Positions 29,105-37,553 of a stretch of 64,000 nt of DNA are shown here, piece by piece. Made by a program: the position numbers and the translations under genes. Positions within the stretch are counted from its first letter, which is position 1; each line of letters opens with the position of its first letter. Below the pieces are notes generated by a model. The model made no database searches. It was not told the DNA's origin and was given only the letters and a program-made list of their open reading frames with translations. The stretch comes from a virus, in IMG/VR virus record IMGVR_UViG_3300049216_000067; one strand, 5' to 3'.

Positions 29105-30316
29105 TTATTTTCCTACCTTCATATGTTTAGCGATGAATGCGCTAATCTTTTTGATTCCGCTAGCACCACTATTTATTAAGCTTTCTATCTTCTTCTTGTT
29201 CTGACGATTGACCTTACCGTGAAGGTGCATTACTTGATGCGCTGTTGGATGATCGATCATTGCTGTTGAACCATCTCTGAAACGAACAGTTGCAGGATGT
29301 TGTGTTTTCATAATAGTATGCAAAGAATGAATTGTTGCTTCCATAATAGTATCGTTTTCAACTTCTTCTTTTTTTATTTTGTTGATAGCACGATAAAATC
29401 CAAAAGCTCTTTGTGTTTCTCTTCCTTTCCTATCTTTACCGTGTGCATCAAGGTTTTTGTGGATGTATGATTTGAGAGTTTTCTGTGAAAGTTCATTAAC
29501 AATCTCTTCACCCAATGGGTTTAACGTCTTTCCGTGCTTTTTTATGTGACCAGCAAGAGCCTTTTTGGCCCAGTCTAGACGCTGTTTTGCTGTGTCAAAA
29601 TTGTCTTCTTGACGAGAAAGATCACGCTTGAACATTGCACGTTCTTTGCGAATCTTTTTAAGTTCAGGTGACATGGCTTCATCAATACCGATTTGAGTTT
29701 CTTCAAATTTAGTATTAAGTTTGTGTACCAATGTGGCTATTGCTTTACCTTTTTTATCACCATCATTTTTACCGTGAACGGTCCAAGCCGCATAGCTAGA
29801 ATTAGCCTTATGCGCTTTTGGGTTTTCTTTTACGCGAAGATGTGAATACCTATGACCCAAACCTGCATTAATATCTCGTGAATCTTTCCCTAAATCCCTA
29901 ATTTCATCTATAGTCATCATTGATTCTGCTGTCAATTCGTGACCCTTATAAACTCTCTTATTGCCTTTAACATCAGAGAATTCGACAAAATGCTTGTTTG
30001 GATCTTTAGAGAAATGTCCAGTGACGGCACCAACTTCACCATGATATTCATCATCTGGTTTGTTGATTCTTACTTTAGTAAATTTTGGATGAGTTTCTTC
30101 TGAAGTTGTTGCTATGTTTGTGTGCTTTTTACCCAACTGACCAGGTGTGTAAGGAATAGCTACATCGATCTTCAAATTGTCATTTGTATATTGAGCTATA
30201 CTTTGACCACCAGGAAATGTACGAATAGCTTTACGACGCAACACTAGCATTACCGGTGGGTCGTTAAATGCTGTTGATTCGGTTATTTCCTTGAGTAGAT
30301 CGCTGAATTTCTTCAT
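29105..30316 (-). CDS. Putative head core/internal protein, modular
   Basis: DPPVMLVLRRKAIRTFPGGQSIAQY N-domain, VRFRDGS..IDHPTA C-domain, internal basic modules incl. VNELSQKTLKSY. Confidence 0.6.
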   Translation of the reverse strand: MKKFSDLLKEITESTAFNDPPVMLVLRRKAIRTFPGGQSIAQYTNDNLKIDVAIPYTPGQLGKKHTNIATTSEETHPKFTKVRINKPDDEYHGEVGAVTGHFSKDPNKHFVEFSDVKGNKRVYKGHELTAESMMTIDEIRDLGKDSRDINAGLGHRYSHLRVKENPKAHKANSSYAAWTVHGKNDGDKKGKAIATLVHKLNTKFEETQIGIDEAMSPELKKIRKERAMFKRDLSRQEDNFDTAKQRLDWAKKALAGHIKKHGKTLNPLGEEIVNELSQKTLKSYIHKNLDAHGKDRKGRETQRAFGFYRAINKIKKEEVENDTIMEATIHSLHTIMKTQHPATVRFRDGSTAMIDHPTAHQVMHLHGKVNRQNKKKIESLINSGASGIKKISAFIAKHMKVGK

Positions 30317-30318
30317 GG

Positions 30319-32607
30319 TTACTCGTGAACTTCATCCCTGTGGTGTGCTTCCCAATGGGCAGCTGCCTGATGACGATCATGTGTGGTAAACATGTGATGC
30401 CATGCAGTGTGCTTATCGCCATGTTGTTTGTGATAAGATTGTGCAGCACGGTCAGCGTGATACTTCCAAAGTTTTTTTGCCTTTTCTGGATCGTAAGAAC
30501 CTTTCTTGGCTTTCTTTTTCAAATTAGAAATAATTGGCTGATGAGAACTGTGGTGCAAATGAGCATCATAGTCGGCATGAAGCACAAGTTCATGTGCAGC
30601 ATCTGACATTTCTTCGGTGATGGTTTCTTCTTTTGCTAATCTTTTATGATTTGTAGCTCTAAGAATTCCCCTATACCTTTTGCTAAATTTGTGCAAATGC
30701 TTGTTTGCTTCTTCACTTCCATGTTTAGATCTCATATGATCGACCTGACGATCTCCCATATCAGAAGCTGCATTACGAACGTAAGAAGCTAAAGTAGTTC
30801 TTGAAAGTTCATCGATAGTTTCAACACCTTCACCAACGTGAATAGGCATTGTTGAATAAACACCATGTTCTTTCTTTACATCAAATAGACCATGTGTTTT
30901 GCCTGAGCTAGGATCTTTAGCATGAAGATGTGCGTTGGCACCACGAAGAATTGTTTTAATTTTGTGACCACGAGATTGTGCGTGGTTAAGAAACTCATCT
31001 TGTGTGTGGAAAGCTTGATCGGCTTCGTAAATCAATTCAAAAAGACCTTCATCAATTTCTTCTTTTACAGACTTAGCGACACCATTGAAACGCTTTTCTT
31101 CTTTGCCGTTTAAAGGACCTGAACCAGACTTCAATTGATTGAGTGCTTTTTCACGATAAGACTTAAGAACTTTCTTTGAAAGTTCGCTTAATGGTTGTAC
31201 TTCTTCCTTGACATCATGTTCACCTTTTGAATGTATTCTTGTTTTCCAAGCATTGTTTGGATGATCGTCACGGCTAGGGTCTAATTTGTATTTCATAAGA
31301 CCAGATGGTCCAATGTTGTTGCGAACCTGACGAAGAGCGGCAGTGTCATCACCATGAGTGTGACCCTTTTCCCAATCAGTGTTTAACTTGTTTTTCCAAG
31401 TGCGACCGTGCTTTGTTGCATAACGGTGTAATGCTGCATGATGTTCTGGACCAAGTTCTTCAGTAAAGTACTCAGTACCTTCGTTCTGCTTGTCGTATTT
31501 TTTCTTAAACTTAAAACGTGCGGCACGCTTGCCCTTACCGTGTTCCTTGTGGTTTGGCTCATGCTTCTCGGTTTCTTCAGCCTTCAAACCGACTTCATCG
31601 GCACGAATGTTCTTACGACCTTTGATACGACGCAATGCTTTCTTCAAAGCTTCAACATAAGAAGATGTTTGGCTAGATGGGGCAGCTTGTGCTTTACGTT
31701 CAGCAGCAGCAATAGCCCTTTCAAGCTGTTCCTTACTGTCAGTGATCTTTTCGTTAACCGTTGTTTCTTCCTTAGTCAATTTCTTAGTAGCTGTTTCGAT
31801 ACCATTTTTACGCTTATCGGCCCACTTTGTTGATCTGTCATGAGCATAAATTGATTTAGCTTTTCCTTGTGCCCATCCAGCGCTATGAACTTCATTAGCG
31901 GACTTGTTGATGTAAGAACCGAGAGTCTTTTTGCTCAATTCGTTGATTGTGTCTTCTTTGATAGAATGCACTACGCCCTTTTGAAGTGTCGTGTTAAAAC
32001 TTCCACGACTATGCTTTCCGTATGGTTTTTCACCTTTTACATGTGCAACATAATGATCTTTAAATATAGTGTCATTGTGAACAACATACCCATGACGCGC
32101 AGCGTCAGTTTTCCAAGCATCGAGATCAGTGTGACGCTTCGTATGGGTTAGAATCTCGTCAGATGATTCTTGTACGTTTTCTTTCACAGCATGTCTTTTT
32201 ACTTCATGTTCTGCGGTGTTCTTAGCATCTTCTTTATCGTTACCGTGATAAGAAACTGGGCCTTCACCCATGTGCTTACCGTGTGCGTAGTGGTGAACAG
32301 AGTATTCTTCGTAATCTTTGTTGTAACGAACTTCCGCATGGTGCGCAGAACCAACAACTCCGTGCCTAGACACCATTCTGGTTCCAGTTACTGGAGATGC
32401 TTCATCAAGAACTTCTTCACCAACATGTCCAAAGTTTTGAGCAAAAATGGCCATTTTTTCAGCATGACCACCAGCAGCCTTACCCTTGGCAATATCTGCC
32501 GCAGTGATTGGTTCGTCAGGAGACTTACCTAACCAAGCATGAAACCCGCCTTTCTTTACATGAATGGCTAGATTCTTTTCTTCTAAAAATTGTTTGAATG
32601 AACTCAT
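30319..32607 (-). CDS. His/Lys-rich modular internal head (poly)protein
   Basis: MSSFKQFLEE leader; about 11 basic modules separated by acidic [ILV]xE linkers; located in the head gene cluster. Confidence 0.65.
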   Translation of the reverse strand: MSSFKQFLEEKNLAIHVKKGGFHAWLGKSPDEPITAADIAKGKAAGGHAEKMAIFAQNFGHVGEEVLDEASPVTGTRMVSRHGVVGSAHHAEVRYNKDYEEYSVHHYAHGKHMGEGPVSYHGNDKEDAKNTAEHEVKRHAVKENVQESSDEILTHTKRHTDLDAWKTDAARHGYVVHNDTIFKDHYVAHVKGEKPYGKHSRGSFNTTLQKGVVHSIKEDTINELSKKTLGSYINKSANEVHSAGWAQGKAKSIYAHDRSTKWADKRKNGIETATKKLTKEETTVNEKITDSKEQLERAIAAAERKAQAAPSSQTSSYVEALKKALRRIKGRKNIRADEVGLKAEETEKHEPNHKEHGKGKRAARFKFKKKYDKQNEGTEYFTEELGPEHHAALHRYATKHGRTWKNKLNTDWEKGHTHGDDTAALRQVRNNIGPSGLMKYKLDPSRDDHPNNAWKTRIHSKGEHDVKEEVQPLSELSKKVLKSYREKALNQLKSGSGPLNGKEEKRFNGVAKSVKEEIDEGLFELIYEADQAFHTQDEFLNHAQSRGHKIKTILRGANAHLHAKDPSSGKTHGLFDVKKEHGVYSTMPIHVGEGVETIDELSRTTLASYVRNAASDMGDRQVDHMRSKHGSEEANKHLHKFSKRYRGILRATNHKRLAKEETITEEMSDAAHELVLHADYDAHLHHSSHQPIISNLKKKAKKGSYDPEKAKKLWKYHADRAAQSYHKQHGDKHTAWHHMFTTHDRHQAAAHWEAHHRDEVHE

Positions 32608-32621
32608 TAAGGTTCTCCTAA

Positions 32622-33401
32622 TTAAGAAACCTGCTTAACGTGCTTAACGTCAACACCTTTGCTGCTGTGGTGAACAGAAAATTGATGCATTCCACCAGCA
32701 CCGGCTACGTAATAATGATGCTCAGCCTTGTCAGGATGAATTCCACCATGGTCCTTATGAATGCTATAATGTGGGTGTTCATAGTGAGTAAACGTTCCAC
32801 GGTGTGACACAGCAGGACAATGACCGGTTGCACAAGCGTGAACAGCATGGGACATGTGTTCAACTGTACCTGGAGAAATAATTTTTTCGTTTACTTCACC
32901 GTGGGGAATCACCTGTACAGATTCATCATGTTGCTTCTTGTCGTACTTCTTCTTCATCATCATACGAAGAGCACGCTTTCCCTTGCCAGCAGACTTTTGT
33001 TCATGTGGTTCAGGCTTTGGTGCAGTTTCTTCGTTGGTCTTACCAGGCATCTTTGCGTCAAAGGTACTGTTGTCACCAGGAACACTCCTTCCACCTTTTT
33101 CATGTGGAGAAGGCTTTTTGGTTACACCAGAAATGTGTGTACCACCTGGAGGCGCAATTCCTTCAGATGACTTGATATCGGTTGTATCAGGAAGACGGTC
33201 TTTACCAACCATGCCACCCTCGGCCTTAGTCTTAACACCACCAGCAGAGCTAGTAATGCCGTTTGGATTTTCAAGAAGAGTGCTTGCGATTTCAATCTTG
33301 GTCTCGGCCAATACTTGACCAACCTTGGCTTCTAGCCTTTCGGTTAAAGCTTTTTGAAAATTAACAGCATCTTTGTTGTGAGCAAGTTGTACTAGAGACA
33401 T
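32622..33401 (-). CDS. gp67-like prohead core protein with His-rich extension
   Basis: N-term DAVNFQKALTERLEAKV..KIEIASTLLE in the gene-67 position after the portal gene; CTAAATA late promoter at 33439-33445. Confidence 0.55.
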   Translation of the reverse strand: MSLVQLAHNKDAVNFQKALTERLEAKVGQVLAETKIEIASTLLENPNGITSSAGGVKTKAEGGMVGKDRLPDTTDIKSSEGIAPPGGTHISGVTKKPSPHEKGGRSVPGDNSTFDAKMPGKTNEETAPKPEPHEQKSAGKGKRALRMMMKKKYDKKQHDESVQVIPHGEVNEKIISPGTVEHMSHAVHACATGHCPAVSHRGTFTHYEHPHYSIHKDHGGIHPDKAEHHYYVAGAGGMHQFSVHHSSKGVDVKHVKQVS

Positions 33402-33457
33402 GGTTGATTCCTCGATAAACGGGTTATGTTCGACAATTTATTTAGCTAATTAAGGAC

Positions 33458-35086
33458 TTAGACAAGTTGATCAGCAACTCGCTTGTTTAATGACTTGGGA
33501 TCACCAACTGGCTTTTGTTCTTTAACTTTGCCATCAGCACCCATTTGTGGAGGTGGCTCGCCTGGTGGTGGGCCACCCATTAATGCGCCAGATTCCTTCT
33601 CCATGTCCTTGGCTTCTTTGTTGATTTGCTTCTTTTCGACAGCAATTTCTTCTTCATCCATACAAAGGATGTTTTTCTGAACCCAAAGGTGACTGTAATA
33701 CTTGCCAACAAACGGATCGACCAACATCAACGTGTTGATTCGATTTGTGATCATCTCGGCTTCTTTTAATTCTGTAAAATTGTTGTCAGTCTCAAATCGA
33801 TACTGAACATCCTGCTTCATTTCTGCCCATTCATCTAGGGTACAAACACCCTTAAGAACAAGCTGACGCTTTAATAGTTCATCAAACAAAATAGAGAAAC
33901 GGTTACGAAGTTTTTGAACAAACTTGTCAAACTTAATTTCATCACGGCTGATTTCAGAACTACGACCAAGGTTAAACCCTGTACCGGCTTCAAGACGGCT
34001 AATAGGAACGTTCAAAGCACGGTATAGCTTCTTTTCAAAGTACAACACAGCATCCATGTTGTCGAAACCTTGACCGGCAGGAAGGGTTGTAATTTCAGTT
34101 GACTTGCTGTCACCACCACGACGCGGCATCCAGAAGTCTTCAAGCATAGAAAAGTGTTTACGGTCATCACGGATTTCACCAGTACCGGCGTCATAAACCA
34201 ATTTGTTACGGAACTTGGTCATGACATCTTTCAAATATTGTTCTGCTTTAGCACGCGGCATGTTGCCAACGTCTACGTAAAACACACGCCTTTCAGGCGC
34301 TCTCGTGACCTTATAAATGACCGTTGCATCTTCGATGAATCTAAGCTGATTCATAGGGCGAATCGCTTTATGAAGGTAACTTAAGACCGTTGATTTGGCC
34401 GGATCAAATAAGCCAGAAGTTAAATGGATAACAGAGTCTTCAGATAGCTTTACGCCACCCGCAAAGTTACCGATAATTTGTGGAGTTTGAATGTTGTTGT
34501 TAACAATCTTTTCGTTGTAAAGATAGAACACTTCGATCTTGGTAATAACATCAACACCGTCTGCGTTCTTTTGTTTTGTGATATTACGAATCTTACGGAT
34601 ACGACGTGGGTCAATGAAGATCAATTGTTGGATACCGTCACGAGGTTTGTCTGGATCAATAACCACATTCCAATACGCACGACCATCGACATACCATCTA
34701 CGAAAAATTTCGGAACCAAACTTATTGAAGTCTAAAAGTTTGAGAACGTTGCCGAACTCATCGCGAATAAGCTTTTTGATGTTGTCTGGTTGATCTAGAT
34801 CATCAAGAACAATGTCTACAACCTTACCGTGCTCGTCATGGACGATAGCTTCGTTAATAATATCGTCAATGGCATTTTCCATTTCTGGCTGCATAGCCAT
34901 CGTGCGGTACTTAGAAAGAAGGTCAACTTCACTTCTGTAGCTGCCATCAAGGTCAACATATATTCCGTAATGCGCGCCAGAATTTATATTGACTGCACCG
35001 TCATCTAATGCAGGAGAAACTACACTTTCAGGGATTTCTTTTTCGTCATCCCTTGCAATAGTGAAGCCGAATAGCTTTAAAGCCAT
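33458..35086 (-). CDS. 20: Portal protein gp20
   Basis: LFGF, FRRWYVDGR, SYLHKAI, RAPERRVFYVDVGNMP, MLEDFWMPRR, ALNVPISRL. Confidence 0.99.
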   Translation of the reverse strand: MALKLFGFTIARDDEKEIPESVVSPALDDGAVNINSGAHYGIYVDLDGSYRSEVDLLSKYRTMAMQPEMENAIDDIINEAIVHDEHGKVVDIVLDDLDQPDNIKKLIRDEFGNVLKLLDFNKFGSEIFRRWYVDGRAYWNVVIDPDKPRDGIQQLIFIDPRRIRKIRNITKQKNADGVDVITKIEVFYLYNEKIVNNNIQTPQIIGNFAGGVKLSEDSVIHLTSGLFDPAKSTVLSYLHKAIRPMNQLRFIEDATVIYKVTRAPERRVFYVDVGNMPRAKAEQYLKDVMTKFRNKLVYDAGTGEIRDDRKHFSMLEDFWMPRRGGDSKSTEITTLPAGQGFDNMDAVLYFEKKLYRALNVPISRLEAGTGFNLGRSSEISRDEIKFDKFVQKLRNRFSILFDELLKRQLVLKGVCTLDEWAEMKQDVQYRFETDNNFTELKEAEMITNRINTLMLVDPFVGKYYSHLWVQKNILCMDEEEIAVEKKQINKEAKDMEKESGALMGGPPPGEPPPQMGADGKVKEQKPVGDPKSLNKRVADQLV

Positions 35087-35105
35087 AATATAATCCTTTC
35101 AAAAA

Positions 35106-35672
35106 TTAGACTGCTGCTGGTTGATAATCTCCAGCGCCAGCAGAAAGAAAGTACTGAACTGCAAGAGTTACAGTAAATTCTTCGACTTGATCATTGCTGC
35201 CCCAATCAAGTTCAATTGGAGAAACATCCGTTGGCCAAATGCCAATGAACTGATACTGATTGATTTGAGTGCCGTCTTTACCGTACTGAGTAACGGTAGC
35301 ATCAACACCGTAACCACCGTCGATGATTTCAGCAGCAGTATTACGAACGTTAAGAACTGGATCGTTAATACCATTTGCCCATTGTTCAAATGCTGAACGA
35401 ATGGTGAAGTTTTCATCGTTGATAACCTGAATTGTCCAGTCTTGATATTGACGGTTTCCAGCAAGCTTCACTTCCCTACCGAAATAGTAAAGTGGAGCGG
35501 TGCCGATTGTCGTACCTGGAAGCTGAGCAGCTTTAGCCTGGAAAGTTACCAATTGACCTGCTTGACCCGCCAAATTGACGTAAGAAGGGAATGGAAGTTG
35601 AATATCGAACAAGTTGGCACGAGCACCATCACCTGTAAGATTAGTCCTAAATTGAGTTACATCGAATGACAT
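35106..35672 (-). CDS. 19: Tail tube protein gp19
   Basis: GARANLF, AAQLPG, YFGREVKLAG, W..QVINDENF, EEFTVTL. Confidence 0.96.
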   Translation of the reverse strand: MSFDVTQFRTNLTGDGARANLFDIQLPFPSYVNLAGQAGQLVTFQAKAAQLPGTTIGTAPLYYFGREVKLAGNRQYQDWTIQVINDENFTIRSAFEQWANGINDPVLNVRNTAAEIIDGGYGVDATVTQYGKDGTQINQYQFIGIWPTDVSPIELDWGSNDQVEEFTVTLAVQYFLSAGAGDYQPAAV

Positions 35673-35696
35673 GTTATCTCCTGATTCCCTTATTTA

Positions 35697-37436
35697 TTAC
35701 GCGATTCCAGACTGGCCAATAACTTCGTTGAAGCTGACTCCAGTTGCCACAGCAACGAAGTTCAACAAAATGAAGTTGATAGAACGGGCTGGCTGAACAT
35801 AGATGTCACCAACGAATTGGTTAGCATCGATAACTTCAGGTGTGTTGTTTGTGGTGTCGCAAACAACCTGGAACGCAGTGATACCACGCTGACCCTGGAT
35901 CGTTCTCAAATATGGGTTGATCAAACTGACAAACTGAGCACGAGTGAACGTGTCGTTGAATTCGAACAAGCTAGAACGTGCTGCAAGGCTAATCTGTTGT
36001 TCCATGACAATAAACAAACGACGCACGTTAATGTGGCTGAATGCAGAGTCATAGTTCAAGTGGGTCTTGTCACCGTAAAGAAGTGTTCCCTGGCCTGGAA
36101 GAGAAACAACCGGGTTGATTCCTGCCTGGTAAAGAGCATCACGGTCAGTTTGACCTGGGTTGTAAGCCAACTTCACAACGTTGTTGATCACACCACGCTG
36201 AAGACCAGCTGGAGACCACCATGGAGCGTTGGTTTGGTCGGTACGAGCGCAAAGACCAGCGATATCGCCGTTCAATGGAGTGTAACGGTACTTGTCGTTG
36301 TACTTGTCGTAACGGTACTTGTAACCGGTATCAAGAACAGCGTAAGAGTTGTAAGCAACATTTGCACCCCAAGCAAGTACTGGAGCAAGAGCACCAGAAG
36401 ATGTTTGATCAGCACTCAATGGAGCAGAACAGAATGCAACACAGTCCTTACGAACCGCAGCAACGTCTTGAATAGCGTAGTTCTGGACAACAGTGTTAGA
36501 AGTACCTGTCATCAACAAGTTAACTTGAACGAAGGTAGGATCTGCAAACAATCCAAGACCAGTTACCACGTTAGCAGAAGTTACTACACCGTTGTTTCCA
36601 TTAGCAAATTGTGCAACGTTTGCGCTTGCATCGTTACCGAATGAACCGGTTCCAATTTGTTGTGCTGTAGTGTTACCCCAACCAACAGTGTTAGAGCAAG
36701 GAACACCAACGTTGTAAATATAGTTAGATTGAGACCAAATGACTTCTTTGTAATAGTTTGCGTTACCGTATGCGTCAAGACCGTCCTTAAGACGAGAAAG
36801 ACCTTGGTAAACTTCAAGAACACTGTTTGCCTTGCCGGTGATCAAACCACCAGCATCCACAACAAGGATGTGAAGTTCGTCTCCTGTAACCTGACCATTG
36901 GTGACCTGAGCTACGTAAGGAGTTGTGTTTGGTGCCCATGAGAAATAGTTCGCATAGGTGTAGTAAGGGCTGGATGGGTTAGTAGCTGCCGCAGTCCATG
37001 CTGCACCGTTAGCGAATGTGATAACTGCAATGCTGTTTCCAAGACCGCCAGGGAAACGAGCAATGTAGTTGTTAGAAGCAAGTGTTGTATTATAGATACC
37101 GTTAAAATAAATTGTTGGGTTATCGATTTCGATAGCCACACCAGTGTTAGAACCGGTAGCATTCAACATGCCCGTACCTTGAGCACGAACAACATTCAAA
37201 TTGTTAGAGTAAGACAAAAAGTCAGCAGCTGTGAAAAAGCTTTCTGCTGTTGTGTCGTCAGGATCAGAGAAGATAGAATCTAATTGAACTTCGTTACTTA
37301 CCGGAGTCACATAGTTAACTGGACCCCAATTGAATGTACCAACAAAGCCACCAATAGAGGTTGCAACCGCTGGAATGGAAGTGGTTAGATCTGTTTCTGT
37401 AGTGCTGATGCCGGGACTGACAGGGAAATTTGCCAT
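35697..37436 (-). CDS. 18: Tail sheath protein gp18
   Basis: SPGISTTETD, WGPV, PLNGDIAGLCART, WWSPAG, INVRRLF, PARSINFILLNF. Confidence 0.98.
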   Translation of the reverse strand: MANFPVSPGISTTETDLTTSIPAVATSIGGFVGTFNWGPVNYVTPVSNEVQLDSIFSDPDDTTAESFFTAADFLSYSNNLNVVRAQGTGMLNATGSNTGVAIEIDNPTIYFNGIYNTTLASNNYIARFPGGLGNSIAVITFANGAAWTAAATNPSSPYYTYANYFSWAPNTTPYVAQVTNGQVTGDELHILVVDAGGLITGKANSVLEVYQGLSRLKDGLDAYGNANYYKEVIWSQSNYIYNVGVPCSNTVGWGNTTAQQIGTGSFGNDASANVAQFANGNNGVVTSANVVTGLGLFADPTFVQVNLLMTGTSNTVVQNYAIQDVAAVRKDCVAFCSAPLSADQTSSGALAPVLAWGANVAYNSYAVLDTGYKYRYDKYNDKYRYTPLNGDIAGLCARTDQTNAPWWSPAGLQRGVINNVVKLAYNPGQTDRDALYQAGINPVVSLPGQGTLLYGDKTHLNYDSAFSHINVRRLFIVMEQQISLAARSSLFEFNDTFTRAQFVSLINPYLRTIQGQRGITAFQVVCDTTNNTPEVIDANQFVGDIYVQPARSINFILLNFVAVATGVSFNEVIGQSGIA

Positions 37437-37465
37437 TGGTAGAAACTCCTAATGAAATACGTTTT

Positions 37466-37473
37466 TATTTAGG
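37466..37473 (-). promoter_or_regulatory. Late promoter variant (CCTAAATA) for gene 18
   Basis: TAAATA core upstream of the RBS; similar cores at 33439, 35691, 37544, 46330, 46689 and 47318. Confidence 0.6.
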
Positions 37474-37500
37474 AATATGAAACCCTTGGCCCAATAAAGG

Positions 37501-37526
37501 AAAAAGCCAGGTGGAAGTCCCTGGCT
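37501..37526 (-). terminator. Intrinsic terminator closing the accessory region
   Basis: AGCCAGG-GACTTCCA-CCTGGCT-TTTT. Confidence 0.7.
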
Positions 37527-37553
37527 CGGCCTGCGAAGCATTTTATTTAGAAG

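Noticed and set aside
36280-36330. Apparent duplication in gene 18 (GTAACGGTACTTGT twice)
   Set aside because: It encodes YKYRYDKYNDKYRY, a normal gp18 motif, with the frame intact
35817-36644. 275-aa plus-strand ORF and other antisense ORFs across 1-57 kb
   Set aside because: They are shadows of well-supported minus-strand genes, with no RBS or recognisable motif
4492-37436. Stop-codon reassignment, introns or inteins in core genes
   Set aside because: Core genes translate to expected lengths in the standard code without interruptions
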